From Vicugna vicugna (lineage: Eukaryota): a stretch of 64,000 nucleotides of DNA. The notes under the pieces are model-generated. The model searched no databases, had not been told where the DNA came from, and worked only from the letters and a program-made list of their open reading frames with translations. Positions 39,026 to 51,700 of this stretch are shown piece by piece. The DNA lies in NCBI GenBank assembly GCA_013265495.1, contig MU058636.1, forward strand, positions 5,243,741-5,307,740, written 5' to 3'. Numbering within the stretch: the stretch's first letter is position 1; each line of letters starts with the position of its first letter. A program made the position numbers and the translations under genes.

Positions 39026-39485
39026 AGAAGCACAATTTGATTTTAAATACCATCTCATTTTCTGACTCTCAGGTTTTAAGCTTTATCATTTTTTGGTCTA
39101 GTTTTTTATTTGAAAGTCTCATAACATTAGTGATTTCTTATGTTAAATGAAAAACATCCAAGATACTTTGCTTGCTTAACACAGACCAGAGATATGTGAG
39201 GATCATTAACGTTTGTCATCTGAAGTGAACCCAAAAATTCAGATTTTTTTTTAATGTTTAAGTAGAGTTCCAGCGTTAGAGAGGACTACGGGTAAAACAA
39301 ATGTGCATCAAAGTGGAATGTTTTCTTCCCCAGAAACTTACTATTTATGAAAAATAGTTTAAAAATTCAGCTAGAAAGGTTTCTACTTTTGCTCATCTTG
39401 CTGGCTGGCTTTGTTGACAGACCCGCATAGAACGACTTTTCTAGGACTATCCATGGTAGGCTAACAGTTACTTTCCTCCTGCCAG

Positions 39486-40587
39486 GTGGACACCACTCTG
39501 TCTCAGTTTACCGACCCCAGCGTCTACCTGTGGGACGTCCACCGCAGTAAAAGGCTTATAAAGGTGGACGGGGTTGTGGCCAAGAAGAGGAAATCCTATT
39601 GCGTTGACTTCGCGGCCATCCGGCCCCAGATCGCCCTACTCCAGGAAATGCACGTTTCGCATTTCCACTTCTCCCTGGACTGGGCGCAGATCCTGCCCCT
39701 GGGGAACCAGTCCCAGGTCAACCGCACGGTCCTGCGCTACTACCGCTGCGTGGCCAGCGAGCTGGTGCGCGCCAACATCACGCCGGTGGTGGCCCTGTGG
39801 CGGCCCGCCGCCCCGCACCAGGGCCTGCCGCGCCCGCTGGCCCGGCACGGCAGCTGGGAGAACCCGCGCACCGCGCGGGCGTTCGCGGAGTACGCCAGCC
39901 TGTGCTTCGCAGAGCTGGGCCAGCACGTCAAGTTCTGGATCACCATGAACGAGCCGTCCGCGCGGAACATGACGTACAGCGCGGGGCACAACCTCCTGAA
40001 GGCCCACGCGCTGGCCTGGCGCGCCTACGACGAGAGGTTCAGGCGCGCTCAGAACGGCAGAATAGCCATCGCCTTGCAGGCGGATTGGATAGAACCGGCC
40101 TGCCCGTCCTCCCCGAAGGACCAGGAGGTGGCCGAGCGAGTTCTGGAGTTTGACATCGGCTGGCTGGCCGAGCCCATTTTCGGTTCCGGGGACTATCCCC
40201 GTGTGATGAGGGACTGGCTGAACCAGAGAAACAGCTTCCTCCTGCCTTATTTCACTGACGAGGAAAAAAGGCTAATCCGGGGTTCCTCTGACTTTTTGGC
40301 TTTAAGCCATTACACCACCATCCTTGTAGACTGGGAAAAAGAAGATCCGGTAAAATACAACGATTACCTGGCAGTGCAAGAAATGACCGACATCACCTGG
40401 CTCAACTCCCCCGGTCAGGTGGCCGTGGTGCCCTGGGGGTTACGCAAGGTGCTGAACTGGCTGAGGTCCAAGTACGGAGACCTCCCCGTGTATATCATAT
40501 CCAACGGCATTGACGACGATCCGCACGCAGCCCAAGACAAGTTGAGGATGTATTACATGCAGAATTACGTAAACGAGGCGCTGAAAG
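39486..40587 (+). CDS. KL: alpha-Klotho exon 4 (1102 nt; KL2 domain including the receptor-binding arm)
   Basis: Acceptor tttcctcctgccag|GTG; translates [10 protein letters not shown]...WITMNEP...YIISNGID...YVNEALK; donor G|GTAAGG. Confidence 0.98.
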
Positions 40588-41126
40588 GTAAGGAGCCCCC
40601 GGAACAGCGGCCTCTTGAAGGCTGACACCTTGAGGGCACGACGTCTGATAGAAGCTCTCCGACATACACACACACTGTTGCCCTCAGAACAAGTGCTGAC
40701 CATTTCTAGCCACAGGGACAAAGTACAAGCGCTACCTAGTACTTTCCCCAGGCATAAAGGCATTTGGTTAAAAGTGGAAGACAGACAATCCCTAGCAGCT
40801 GCTCTGGGTGGAGAAAGGCCAGACTATGTCCTGGGTCTCAGATGACTTCACGGCAGTCTTGCTTGCTTCAGGTGCTTAAAGATTTAACCCACGTGCATCG
40901 GAGTAGGTTTAATTATGTAACACCTACTATGCTAAAGGTAGCTCAATATTTGTCTTGGTATTTGTCTCTGTTTTCAGATAAAAGAAGCCTTTTCTGATTA
41001 AGTCTAATTTAATCTGAAGTTTTATTAAATGGTACTGAAAGTCTCTCTGATGAAGCAGTGCTATGTAAAAGTGAAGTGTTGTGCACAAAATGTTTTAACT
41101 TTTCTCCTGTCCTTTTGTTTTTCTAG

Positions 41127-41464
41127 CCTACATATTGGATGGTATCAATCTTTGTGGATACTTTGCTTATTCATTTAATGATCGCACAGCTCCGAAGTTT
41201 GGCCTCTATCGTTACACTGCAAATCAGTTTGTGCCCAAACCATCCATGCAACATTACAGGAAAATTATTGACAACAATGGCTTCCCAGGTCCCGAAAGTC
41301 TGGGAAGATTTTGTCCAGAAGAATTCACCCTGTGTAATGAGTGTAGCTTTTTTCACGCCCGAAAGTCTTTACTAGCTTTCATAGCTTTTCTACTTTTTGC
41401 TTTTGTTATTTCTCTTTCTCTTATTTTTTACTACGCTAAGAAAGGCAGAAGAAGTTACAAATAG
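41127..41464 (+). CDS. KL: alpha-Klotho exon 5 coding part: end of KL2, stalk, transmembrane helix (~41369-41431), short cytoplasmic tail
   Basis: Acceptor ttttgtttttctag|CC; translates (A)[16 protein letters not shown]...[31 protein letters not shown], stop TAG at 41462-41464. Confidence 0.98.
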
Positions 41465-42899
41465 TCCTGAAATTTTTCCTATTCAATTATGCACACTCAT
41501 CAGCTGTTAACTATTTGTACTTCTCGGTGTTGTGAAACTGTAGATTTTATATATTTGACTTTCAGAAAACATTTTTGTGGCTTATGACAGAGGTTTTGAA
41601 ATGAGTATAGGTGATTGAAAAATACTGAATAATGTGGATAGTGCCTGGATTTGTTCTTTTGCGGGGCGGGGATGGATATGATAAAAAAAACTGACAGGGG
41701 CCATCATTTCTGTAACACATTCTGTAAAAAAGTATGAGAAATGGGAACCATTCTTTAACATTTTTACAGAAATTGAATGGCAAGGTTAGGAATATTTTTA
41801 TCTGTGCCCAGTCCTAAGTGTAATCTTTATCTTGTCATAATTGCAAGTGTTGGAATCAAAAGTTAAGTCTCAAGTAACCATCTCTCAAATGCCATAATAT
41901 GCCTAATGGTCTCTGTTGAATCAAATTTCTCTTAAAAAAGAAGATGGCAGAATAGAGAACAGATGACAAAAGGCTGTAGGCTGGAATGCTCCTTTGAAAA
42001 GCAGTGTTTCTGTCAAATGCTGCTAATATTAATTTACATATCTGGTTAATATGCTTAGCAGATCAAATTATAGAACTCTATATTTTAGATAAATATACAG
42101 AATATTTCTTTATATTTTGAAGTGCTCTCTAAACCCCAGGTCCTTCAGGGCTTTGTGTCACTGGGGTCTTGTCGAGGGCCTGCACATAATCTTCACTAAA
42201 TGTGTACAGAAAAATAAGCATGAATCATGCAATGTTGCGCCCTTGAGGAAGCATAAATCGACTGTGAAATGCATTATACTGCAGTGGCTGGAGGAGGCAG
42301 AAAGGAGGGAAAAGTACTTGTTATGAGCAACATTATGATTAATTTGACTATAAACTCTTTTATTTAGAGCAGACCTTGGAATGAATAAGGTGACCTTTCC
42401 TGAGAGAGTAAGAATGAAATAATAACTCATTTCAAGAGGAATGACTCCACTTTCCGTTCTTTAGAATGTGCCACAATTTCTTTGAATTGAGTTTTAAAAA
42501 TACTTAATAGGGTCAAAAGCTTTTGGGCTGATAACACTGGAAAACTCATTTCTGTGATTGCTGAGGTCTATTTTATATTTTTGCTGCTACTTCTGTGGAA
42601 CTAGCTTTGAACGAGTTTTGTTTTGAACTTTTACACTGAAACATGCTACTTATTTTTACAAAGGGCTAATTAGGTCTTATCCTTTATGCCCCTTAAATAA
42701 GTCTTGCTGGTTTTCTGATAGGGAAGTCTATGACACTGGAGTTGAGGATGAGCCTAATGTTTGTTTTATAGATAAGCCAACATTGTATCAGGCAAGATAA
42801 AAATACTGTACTATATTATGTATCAGAGGTGGCATGATTTTTTTTCCACGAAAGATAGGCTTTTAGTGGTACTCTCTCAAAAAGTGCAAACCAGAGAAT

Positions 42900-43360
42900 A
42901 ATAGTTTATTTTATGTATATATGTTTTCTGATTATAATAGTAATATATATTCATTGTAAAAATTTAAAAACACAGAAGGTATATGTAAAGAAAAAAATTA
43001 CCTGTAATTTCACCACCTTGAGGTAGCCATTATTAACTTAGCCTATGTAATTTATTTTACATAATAAGTGAGTGAGATCATATTATAAGTAATGTCTTTA
43101 TTAATTTTCATTGTGTACCTTTCCTTTGTCATTAATCTTCAAAGGCATGAATTTTAATAGTTGTAGAATAATTCTACTATTTATCACAACTTATTTAACC
43201 ATTCCTATTTTTTGGACTACTTTCCAACAAATTTATCACAACTTATTTATCACAACTTATTTAACCATTGCTATTTGTTGGACTACTTTCTTTTTGTTAA
43301 TTACTGTTAAATAATGAACAGTGGATGTTGTTTAAAAATGATTTTCTTACTACAATTTTT
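42900..43360 (-). mobile_element. Ancient L1ME-like fragment inside the KL 3' UTR
   Basis: taatatatattcattgtaaaaattt...ccattattaac...ttttaatagttgtagaataattc...tatttaaccatt...ttggac follows the antisense L1ME 3' pattern. Confidence 0.55.
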
Positions 43361-43411
43361 AATTTCCTTTAGTGCAGAAGTAATTCTGTCCCTTGATAAA
43401 GTATTGTATGT

Positions 43412-43417
43412 AATAAA
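43412..43417 (+). terminator. KL: Polyadenylation signal AATAAA of KL
   Basis: Canonical hexamer about 2 kb after the stop, with a U/GU-rich tract (ttttgtttttcttttg) at ~43472-43488. Confidence 0.75.
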
Positions 43418-44274
43418 TCTACCTGCAACTTTGTCTTCTTTCATAATCAAATGACTGGATACATTTCTTAATTTTGTTTTTCTTTTGAGTTGATTAAACC
43501 ATGTAGACTGTGATCTGAGTGGTGAAGAAAGGGGTCTGACAGCAGAAGGAGTGAACTTTGAGGGAGGGTGCCCCAGGCTAAGTCCCTACGGTTGAGCTGA
43601 GAGGGAATTTCAGACACTGAAACAGACAAGAGACGCCAAAGAACCCAAGAGAATTGACACCTCTGAACCATTCAGAGAAGTTATCTGGTGAGCTCACGCT
43701 AACTTTGAGTTGCCACAGTCCTTTGGAAGAGAGAGGGTGCCTCTCGGGTCCCTCCGGAAACTCTGCTGGGAAGTGGGCGGTGGGAGGGGCTAGAAAGGTG
43801 GGACTTTATGGGTTCCCTTTTCTTTACCCACTTCCAGGGCTTTCTGTTCTTCCATTGACACTTTACTCTCATGAATTCAGGGTTTTTCACTGCTTTACAC
43901 ATATTTTTTAAAAATATAGAGACCGTTCCCCTGGAACTCCTACATCTTAGTCCATTGTGGGGCCAGCTCTACAGGGGCATTAAGTGGTAAGCTGTGGTTC
44001 CCAGGCCTCTGGGTTAATTCTGCCATATTTGCATTTGCTCTACATTCAGGGTTCCTTGAATCAGGGGTGGTGAGGTGGGAGGGGAAGGGATGGGAGTGCG
44101 GGGTTGGGGTGGGGGCTGGGTGGCCAAACACTTATGCCCGTTCATTTTGCCTTAGTTTGGAAGGATGGTTTTTTGGATTCATTCAGGGACAGTCTTCGTT
44201 TTATTTTTTGACTTCCACAGAGAGTAATTAGAATCTACTAATGCTTTGGAAACATTTCTTTATATTATTTATTA

Positions 44275-44589
44275 CAGTGCCCTCCAACAGAGATACAATG
44301 TAAGTCATGTATTTTAAGTTTTCTAGTAGTCACATTAAAAAAATTAAAAGGCACAGAAAATAAAGCTTAATACTATATTTTATTTTCCATAACATATCCA
44401 AAATATTATAATTTCAACATGTAATCAATATAAAAATGATCGTGATTTTTACATACTACTTTTGGGCACTGAGCCTTAGAAATCTGGTGTGTGTTTACCA
44501 TTACTTATAACACATCTTGTGCTCAGTTTGGACTAGCTACACTGTATGTACCCACGTATGGGTAATGGCTTCTGTATTGGACAGTGCAG
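44275..44589. mobile_element. MER33-like hAT-Charlie non-autonomous DNA transposon
   Basis: Termini cagtgcctccaa... and ...ttggacagtgcag; internal ttttctagtagtcacattaaaaaa. Confidence 0.8.
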
Positions 44590-47500
44590 GTCTATAAAGA
44601 AAGGCTTGTTCTGCTAAGTAAATTAACTGCATACTTGAGATATCCAAAATATTTAAATTAGAAGAATAAACAGTTTTTCAAGAATCTTCTAAGCTCTATA
44701 AATCCATAGAAATAACTGGCATTTAAATTTATTATTAAACCAAAACTACTGATTAAAACAAATGTTTCAAGGACTCGCGTGAACAGAAGAATTCTACAAT
44801 TCTGAATATCGTAATTCAGGTGCTGGAATTAAATTACTTTTCTTTTTACATAGCCTATAACTCATTCTTTGCTCTTCCTGAATTAATAGAGCAATTATTG
44901 TATCGTTCCATCTATAACATGTCCATTTAATATTTAATATTGAACAATGCTGCTCAGAATTTCTGCCTGGGAAGGAAAATGTTAGTTTGGGTGACATGCA
45001 TCAATATTGACAGGAGGGCCTTGGTTCTAGAGAGGAAAACAGAAGCCATGTCTGTTTTGTTTTGAGTATTTAACCCAGTGTCTGATATAAAAAATTGTTT
45101 AATAAATGTTAATTAGTTCAATAAATGTGGGAATGGATAATGGAATAAATGAATGAACAGACTTAGCTCACTGACACCACCTTTGTCCAGAGACTGATTT
45201 AGTAGGGATGGACCATTAAGAATCAGAAACTGCTGTGTATTAGGTGCCAGACAGCTCAATTCTGTGTATTCAGAGGAAGGAATGATAACATACAGATAAT
45301 AACCTTTGATAACCTGCCTTTCTAGGTTGCAAGGCAGGAAACTGCTGTTCCATCATCACCTCTCTCGATTAATCACTGAGAGGATTACAACTCTTTTCTT
45401 CATTATTCACACTGTCCCTCAACTAGTCAGTGATTTTTTTGTTTGCAAGACTTGTTATTGGGTCAAGTTCTTTATCTGCAAATAAAAGGAAACTCATCTA
45501 GAAAGAATCCCTTTACATCATCTCCAAATATAATTTCCTAAAACATGTAGCTTTTTGCTCAGACCCAGTACCTTTTTCCATTTTTATAACTATTAAATAT
45601 TGTTGGAGTTTTGTTTGTCATAGTACATTTTCTGAACCATTTTTGTCACATACATTTCTGGTAAACCCCCACTGTTTGATATTAAGGAGAAAAATGTCAA
45701 GAAAACCCACAAGGAAACTTGAGTAAAGAGTGGAAATGTCACTAATGACTGTAACAGGATGCCTAAAATATGATGAATTCCTGTTTCATTACATGATTGC
45801 TACAGACCGGCAAAGACTTGGTGACTGATATTCAGCCCCTTTTTTGATCCGATAGGTTAGAGAAGAAAAAAATTTCAATCTACATATTACTGGAGTCAGA
45901 AAGGCATAGAGAAAAGAGTCAGCAAGACCCAAGTTCAAAATGTTGCTGAGCCTCAATTTCCTCATCTATGAAATGGAAGTAACGTCCATCATAGTGCAGT
46001 GCTGAACATAGTAAGTATTCAGTAAATAAAGCACCTACCCTAGATGTATTTTTTCCTAGACTAAGTCCGCTTACTCTTAATGTGCATATGATATCTTGTT
46101 AATCAAATTTTTAGAGCTCAGTAACATAAAATCAGGGACTATTATAGTCAAATGATTTACCCAGAACCCCATTAGTTATTTAATTGTGGTTTTGAATATA
46201 CATCTTCATAGTCTGTTCTTCACAGTCTGTCCTAAACAACAACAACAAATCAATCCCCACATTTACTTATTAATACTAGATTATTTTCAAGGATTCAAAT
46301 TTCACAAATGTTGGATAGATAGAATCCTGAAGATAATTTGGCAGAAGATGTTTCTATATCAGTATGTTGCACCATCTGCTCTTTTGAAATCATCTAATGA
46401 CAGACAAAACACTGAAATTTGTATATTTGTTATTTAGTTGGTAAATAATTAAAGGCCTATTAACTAAATTTTTATGTGATTCAAAAATCTTTGGTAGAGT
46501 TTCTGATTTTGGTATAATCTTTCAATATGCCTATTTTCTGGTAAAGCCAATTCATTTTAAATAAGTTTTTTATTTGATATAAATTATTTGTAACTGAAAC
46601 ATTGTCCCGTAATAAATTACTAGAATAAGCTGACCTTTTTCCTTTTTTAAGTCTCAGTTGATTAGTTTGTAAAATTCATTTTCCTTTCAATATTGTAGCA
46701 GTTGTCTAATTATGGCCTTAAGCATAAATGTGCTGCATTTCAACCTATTTTGATCTCCTAGTGAATCAAAGCTTTTGCTAATTTAGTTCCAAGTTATTAA
46801 ATTGCAAGTTCCATGGTGTTTCAGGGCCATGCTGTTGCATTTAAGACATGAAGGTTTTATAACTTTTTTCCCTCTTTAAATTATGAGTATATGAGTCTCT
46901 GGTAAGTAGCCCAAAGGCTTCAAAATAAAACATTTCAATCGACAGGGGCAGTAGTAGAAAGCCTTGGAGCAGTGAAATGGAGATATAATTAGAGCTAATG
47001 ATTGCCAGGTCAGGTGAAAAGATTCCATTAGTAAAAAAACAACAAGATGAAAAAGGAACTAGATTTCCTTCCAAATTGGTACCATTCTGAAATGTCCTTA
47101 TTTTATTGGTGCCTGTCGTGAAGCTAACAAGCCAGCAAAACAAACACCGTTGGGGTTACTGGTCCATCAAACTGACAAGATTAGAGCTGCAAGCTTCCGG
47201 CAGTGCAGGGACTTGGCTGCAGCGGTTCACCAGGAGGGAAGGGAAGCTGAGGCAAGGGAAGCCAGGAAGCACAGGAAGGCCTTGGCGCACCCATGGGTGG
47301 TGGAGCAGGGCTCAGGACTGGGGTCCCTGAGGTGTGATTTCAAAATGCAGATAACCAGGCCTTTTCTTCCCGTCCGCACCCTCCGAGGTGCCCTTGGGGA
47401 GATGGCTGCAACACTTAAGGTTTGGCAGGGGGCTCTCCTGAGAGATTCTGATGGGTGCTCATTGACAACTGTGGGGTTACGCAGATGTGGTCAAGGACAG

Positions 47501-48054
47501 ATTCAGTGGATGCGAGAAGGTGCGGAAGATGGAAGGACAAAGGGATTGGGCCAGGAACTGGAATGTCAGAATTCAAGATGAAGCATTTTCAGTTTGTATC
47601 AGGAGGGCTGGGTGAAGAAGCAAAGCCATCGGAGGTGATGAAGCCTGGAGAGTGTTAGTCCAGGGTCCAGGGAAGGGCATTACACTGAGGCTGGACAGGC
47701 TAAAGATGACTTCAGCACTTATGAGGGTGGGCCCAGTGGAGAAGGGGAGGGATGCAAAACATGGATGAGAAGTATGAGTCATGAAGGTGTGTCCAGAAAT
47801 CAGAACATCCCTGAGATGAGGAACAGAAACAGGTGAATGGAAATGGCTCCGAGGAGCAAGGATTGTGCCCACTACTGAGCAGAAACAGAGGCCTCAATTG
47901 TGGAAGGGAAGAGTTCTCATAGAAGATCTCAAACCAAATTGGGCTTTTCTGATGTCTAGTTCTGCTCTCAAATTTGCATTATAACCTGAAGCAAGTCCCC
48001 AAGCCTGTGGAGTCTTTTTGTTCTTGTCTGTACAGAGAGGGAGTTAATGAAGGC

Positions 48055-48205
48055 CAGTAGGTTTCAACCTTGGTTACATATTAGAATCATGTGGCAGCTT
48101 TAAAAAATCTCTCAGCTAATTAACTCAGATTCTCTTGGGGTGGGATCCAGGCAGTGGCATTTTTTAAAACTACCAGGTGATCATAATGGGAAGCTATAAC
48201 TGAAT
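48055..48205. mobile_element. MER5-like hAT element
   Basis: tcaaccttggttacatattagaatca...ggggtgggatccaggca...ttttaaaactaccaggtgat. Confidence 0.7.
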
Positions 48206-48749
48206 CAGTAATCTAAATCAGTACCTCTCCAACTTTATTTTTATTTTGTTTTTTTAATAGTAAAGAAGACTTTATTAAAGACAAATGACTAGGGGTCATG
48301 ACAGTTGCAATAGTGGACTGAGACTGGGCTCAACTCCAAATACATGAAAAAGCCAGGGTGTCATAGCCATCAAGCAGAGTGAAGGGGGTCACCGGATGCT
48401 AACAGGAGGTACCACGGCTAAGGGGATTCTTACTAACTGGCTTAACAGCTGTTGGAAAGGAGGATCCTCTATGATTGAGGGACGGATACTGTTTGTTCTA
48501 ATGGGGATACTGAGAGAGAGAGAGAAAAGAACTATTTTTGCTAGAATGGTGGAAAGGGCCAGAACAAAACAGAGTGGTACCATGGTGCCAATTTAAGGCT
48601 GTCATAATCAGAATTTTCAGATACAATGTTCCAATAAAAGAGTCTCACTTTAAATGCATAATAATTTTTGAAACAGAAATTCTAGATCTAAATAACTGTA
48701 TTTTTAATTCTTATTTTTTATTGAAGTATAGTCGATATACAATGTCAAT

Positions 48750-51700
48750 CTGGACTGGTACTTTCTGTTTTGGAAGATTATTGATTAAATTTTTAAATAG
48801 ATACAGGTCTTTTCAGGTTGTCTAGTTCTTCTTATGTGAGTTCTGGCAAATTGTGTCTTTTGAGAAATTAATCTGTTTCGCCTAGATTATCACATTTGTG
48901 GGCACAGAGTTCATAGTATTCTTTTATTATCCTTTTAATGTCCTTGAGATATATAGTGCTGTTTCTCCTTTCATTTTTCAGATTAGTAATCTGTGTTCCT
49001 CTCTCTTTTTTTCTTTGTTAGCCTGGCTAGATCACCGTCAATTTTATTGATATTTCAAAGAACCAGCTTTGGGTTTCATTGATTTTCTGTATTGGTTTCC
49101 TGTTTTCACCTTCATTGATTTCTGCTCTAATTCTTCTTTCTTTTTTTCTCCTTACTTTGGATTTATTCTTTTTTTCCCCTAGTTTCCTAAGGTGGGAACT
49201 TTGATTATTGATTTTAAATCTTTCTTCTTTTCTAATACACATTCAATGCTATGAATTTCCTCCTAGGCACTGCTTTTGCTGTAGTCCACAAATTTGGCAA
49301 GTTGTGTTTTCAATTTCATTTCATTCAAAATATTTAAAAATTTCTCTCGAGATTTCTTCTCTGACCCATGTGTTATTTGGAGGTGTGTTCACTTAAGCTC
49401 TGTGTATTTTGGTATTTTCCAATTATCCTTATGTTTCTGATTTCTAGCTTGATTCTGTTGTGGTCTGAAAGCAGACATTGTATGATTTCTATTTTAAATT
49501 TGTTAGGTTTTTTTATGGCCTCAACGTGGTCTGCGTGGTGAATGTTCCATGTGAACTTGAGAAGAATGTATATTCGGCTGTCGTTGAATGTAGTGGTCTA
49601 TTGATGTCAGTTACATCCAATTGATGGATGGTGCTATTCAGTTCAACTACGTCCTGATTTTCTGCCTGCTGGATCTGGCTGTTTCTGAAAGAAGAGTGTT
49701 GAAGTCTCCAACTACGATAGTGGATTCGACTATTTCTCCTTGCTGTTCTGTTAGTTTTTGCCTCACATATTTTGATACTCTGTTGTGAGGTGATGTTAAG
49801 GGTTGTTGTGTCTTCCTGGAGAGTCGACCCCTCCATGCCTTTCTTTATCTTTGATAACTTTCCTTTTTTTGAAATATGCTCTACCTGAAATTAATACAGC
49901 TCTTCTTGCTTTCTTTTGATTAGTATTAGCATTGTATATATTCCTCCATCATTTACTTTTAATCTATATTTATATATTTAAAGTGGGTTTCTTATAGGCA
50001 ACATATAGATGGGTCTTGTTTTTTGATCCACTCTGACAATCTCTGTCTTTTAATGGGTGCATTTAGACCATTAAGATTGGAAGTGATTATTGATATAATT
50101 AGATTAATATCTACTATATTTGTTACTGTTTTCTATTCAGAGTCCTTATACTTTGTTCCCATTTTTGTTTTCCAATCTTTTTCTGCCTTTTGTGGTTTTA
50201 ACTGAGCATTTTATTTTGATTGCATTTTCACTCCTGTCTTAGCATATCAGTTATGCTTAATTTTTTAAAACTTTTTTAGTGGTTGTCCTAGAGTCTGCAA
50301 TGTACATTTTCAAGTCCACATTCAAATATCACTAAACCACTTCACAGGTAGTGTGAATACATTATAGTAACAAAATAATCTCAATTCTTCTGTCCAATCC
50401 TTGTATTATTGTTGTCATTATTTCACTTATGTATAAGCATTCAAGCATATATGAGATACACATAAGCACACATAATCAAATATATTGTTTCTATTATTAT
50501 TTTGAACAAACTGTTACCTGTTAGAACAATTAAGAATAAGAAAAATAAAAACTTTAATTTTTCCCTCGCTAATTCCTGCTCTGATGCTCTTCCTTTCTTT
50601 ACCTGAGTTTCGAACCTATGTTATTTTCCTTCTCTCTAAAGAAATTTTTTAAACATTTCTTGTTAAGCAGGTCTCTTGGCAACAAATTCCCTCACTTTTT
50701 GTTTGTCTGAGGAAGTATTTCTCCTTCACTTTTGAGGGATAATTTTGCAGGTTACAGAATTCTAGGTTGGTGGGTTTTTTCTCTCAACACTTTAAATGTA
50801 TCGCTTCACTCTTTTCTCATATGTTTCTGAGGAGACGCTGGATGTAATTCTTGTCTTTGCTCCTCTGTAGGTAAAGTGGTTGTTTCCTCTGACTTCTTTG
50901 AGCATTTTTTCTTTACTTTTGATTTTATGTGCTTTGAAAATGAAATGCCTAGATGGAGTGGGGTTTTTTTTGTTTTGTTTTGTTTTTATTTTATTTTTTT
51001 TTCTTTTTCTGGAGTGGGGTTTTTTTGTTTTTTGTTTTATTTTTTTTTTGGTGTGTTTTCTTTTTTTTTTAACATTTTTTGTTGATTTATAATCATTTTA
51101 CAATATTGTGTCAAATTCCAGTGTTCAGCACAATTTTTCAGTCATTCATGGACATATACACACTCATTGTCACATTTTTTTCTCTGTGAACAGACATTCA
51201 TGGACATATACACACTCATCGTCACATTTTTTTTCTCTGTGAGTTATCATAACATTTTGTGTATATTTCCCTGTGCTATAAAGTGTAATCTTGTTTATCT
51301 ATTCTACAATTTTAAAACCCCAGTCTATCCCTTCCCACCCTCCACGCCGCTGGTAACCACAAGTCTGTATTCTCTGTCTGGTGTGTTTTCTTTTTGTTTG
51401 CACTTATTCTGCTTGGTGCTCTCTGAGATTCCTGGATCTATTGTTTAGTGTCTGACATTAATTTGTGAAAATTCTCAGTCATTGTTTCAAATATTTTTTC
51501 TTTTCCTTTCCTTCTTCTCCTTCTGGTATTCCCAGTGTGCACACATTTTACCTTTTATGTTATCCCATAGTCTTTTGGATATTCTGTTCTGTTCTGTTCT
51601 GTTCTATTTGTTTGTTTTTTGTCTTTGGTTCTCAGTTTTGGAGGTTTCTATTGAGATATCGTCAAGCTCAGAGGTTTTCTCCTTAGCTCTGTCCAGTCTG

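Larger units (their letters stand above)
41465..43448 (+). other. KL: KL 3' UTR (~2 kb)
   Basis: AT-rich sequence after the stop. It ends in AATAAATCTACCTGCAACTTTGTCTTCTTTCATAATC, resembling the recalled human mRNA end. The cleavage site is approximate. Confidence 0.75.

Noticed and set aside
39574..40153. Several overlapping ORFs within exon 4
   Set aside because: By-products of high GC3 in the Klotho frame.
43179..43290. CRISPR-like repeat-spacer array
   Set aside because: Only two to three copies with no unique spacers, in a mammalian 3' UTR; a local duplication.
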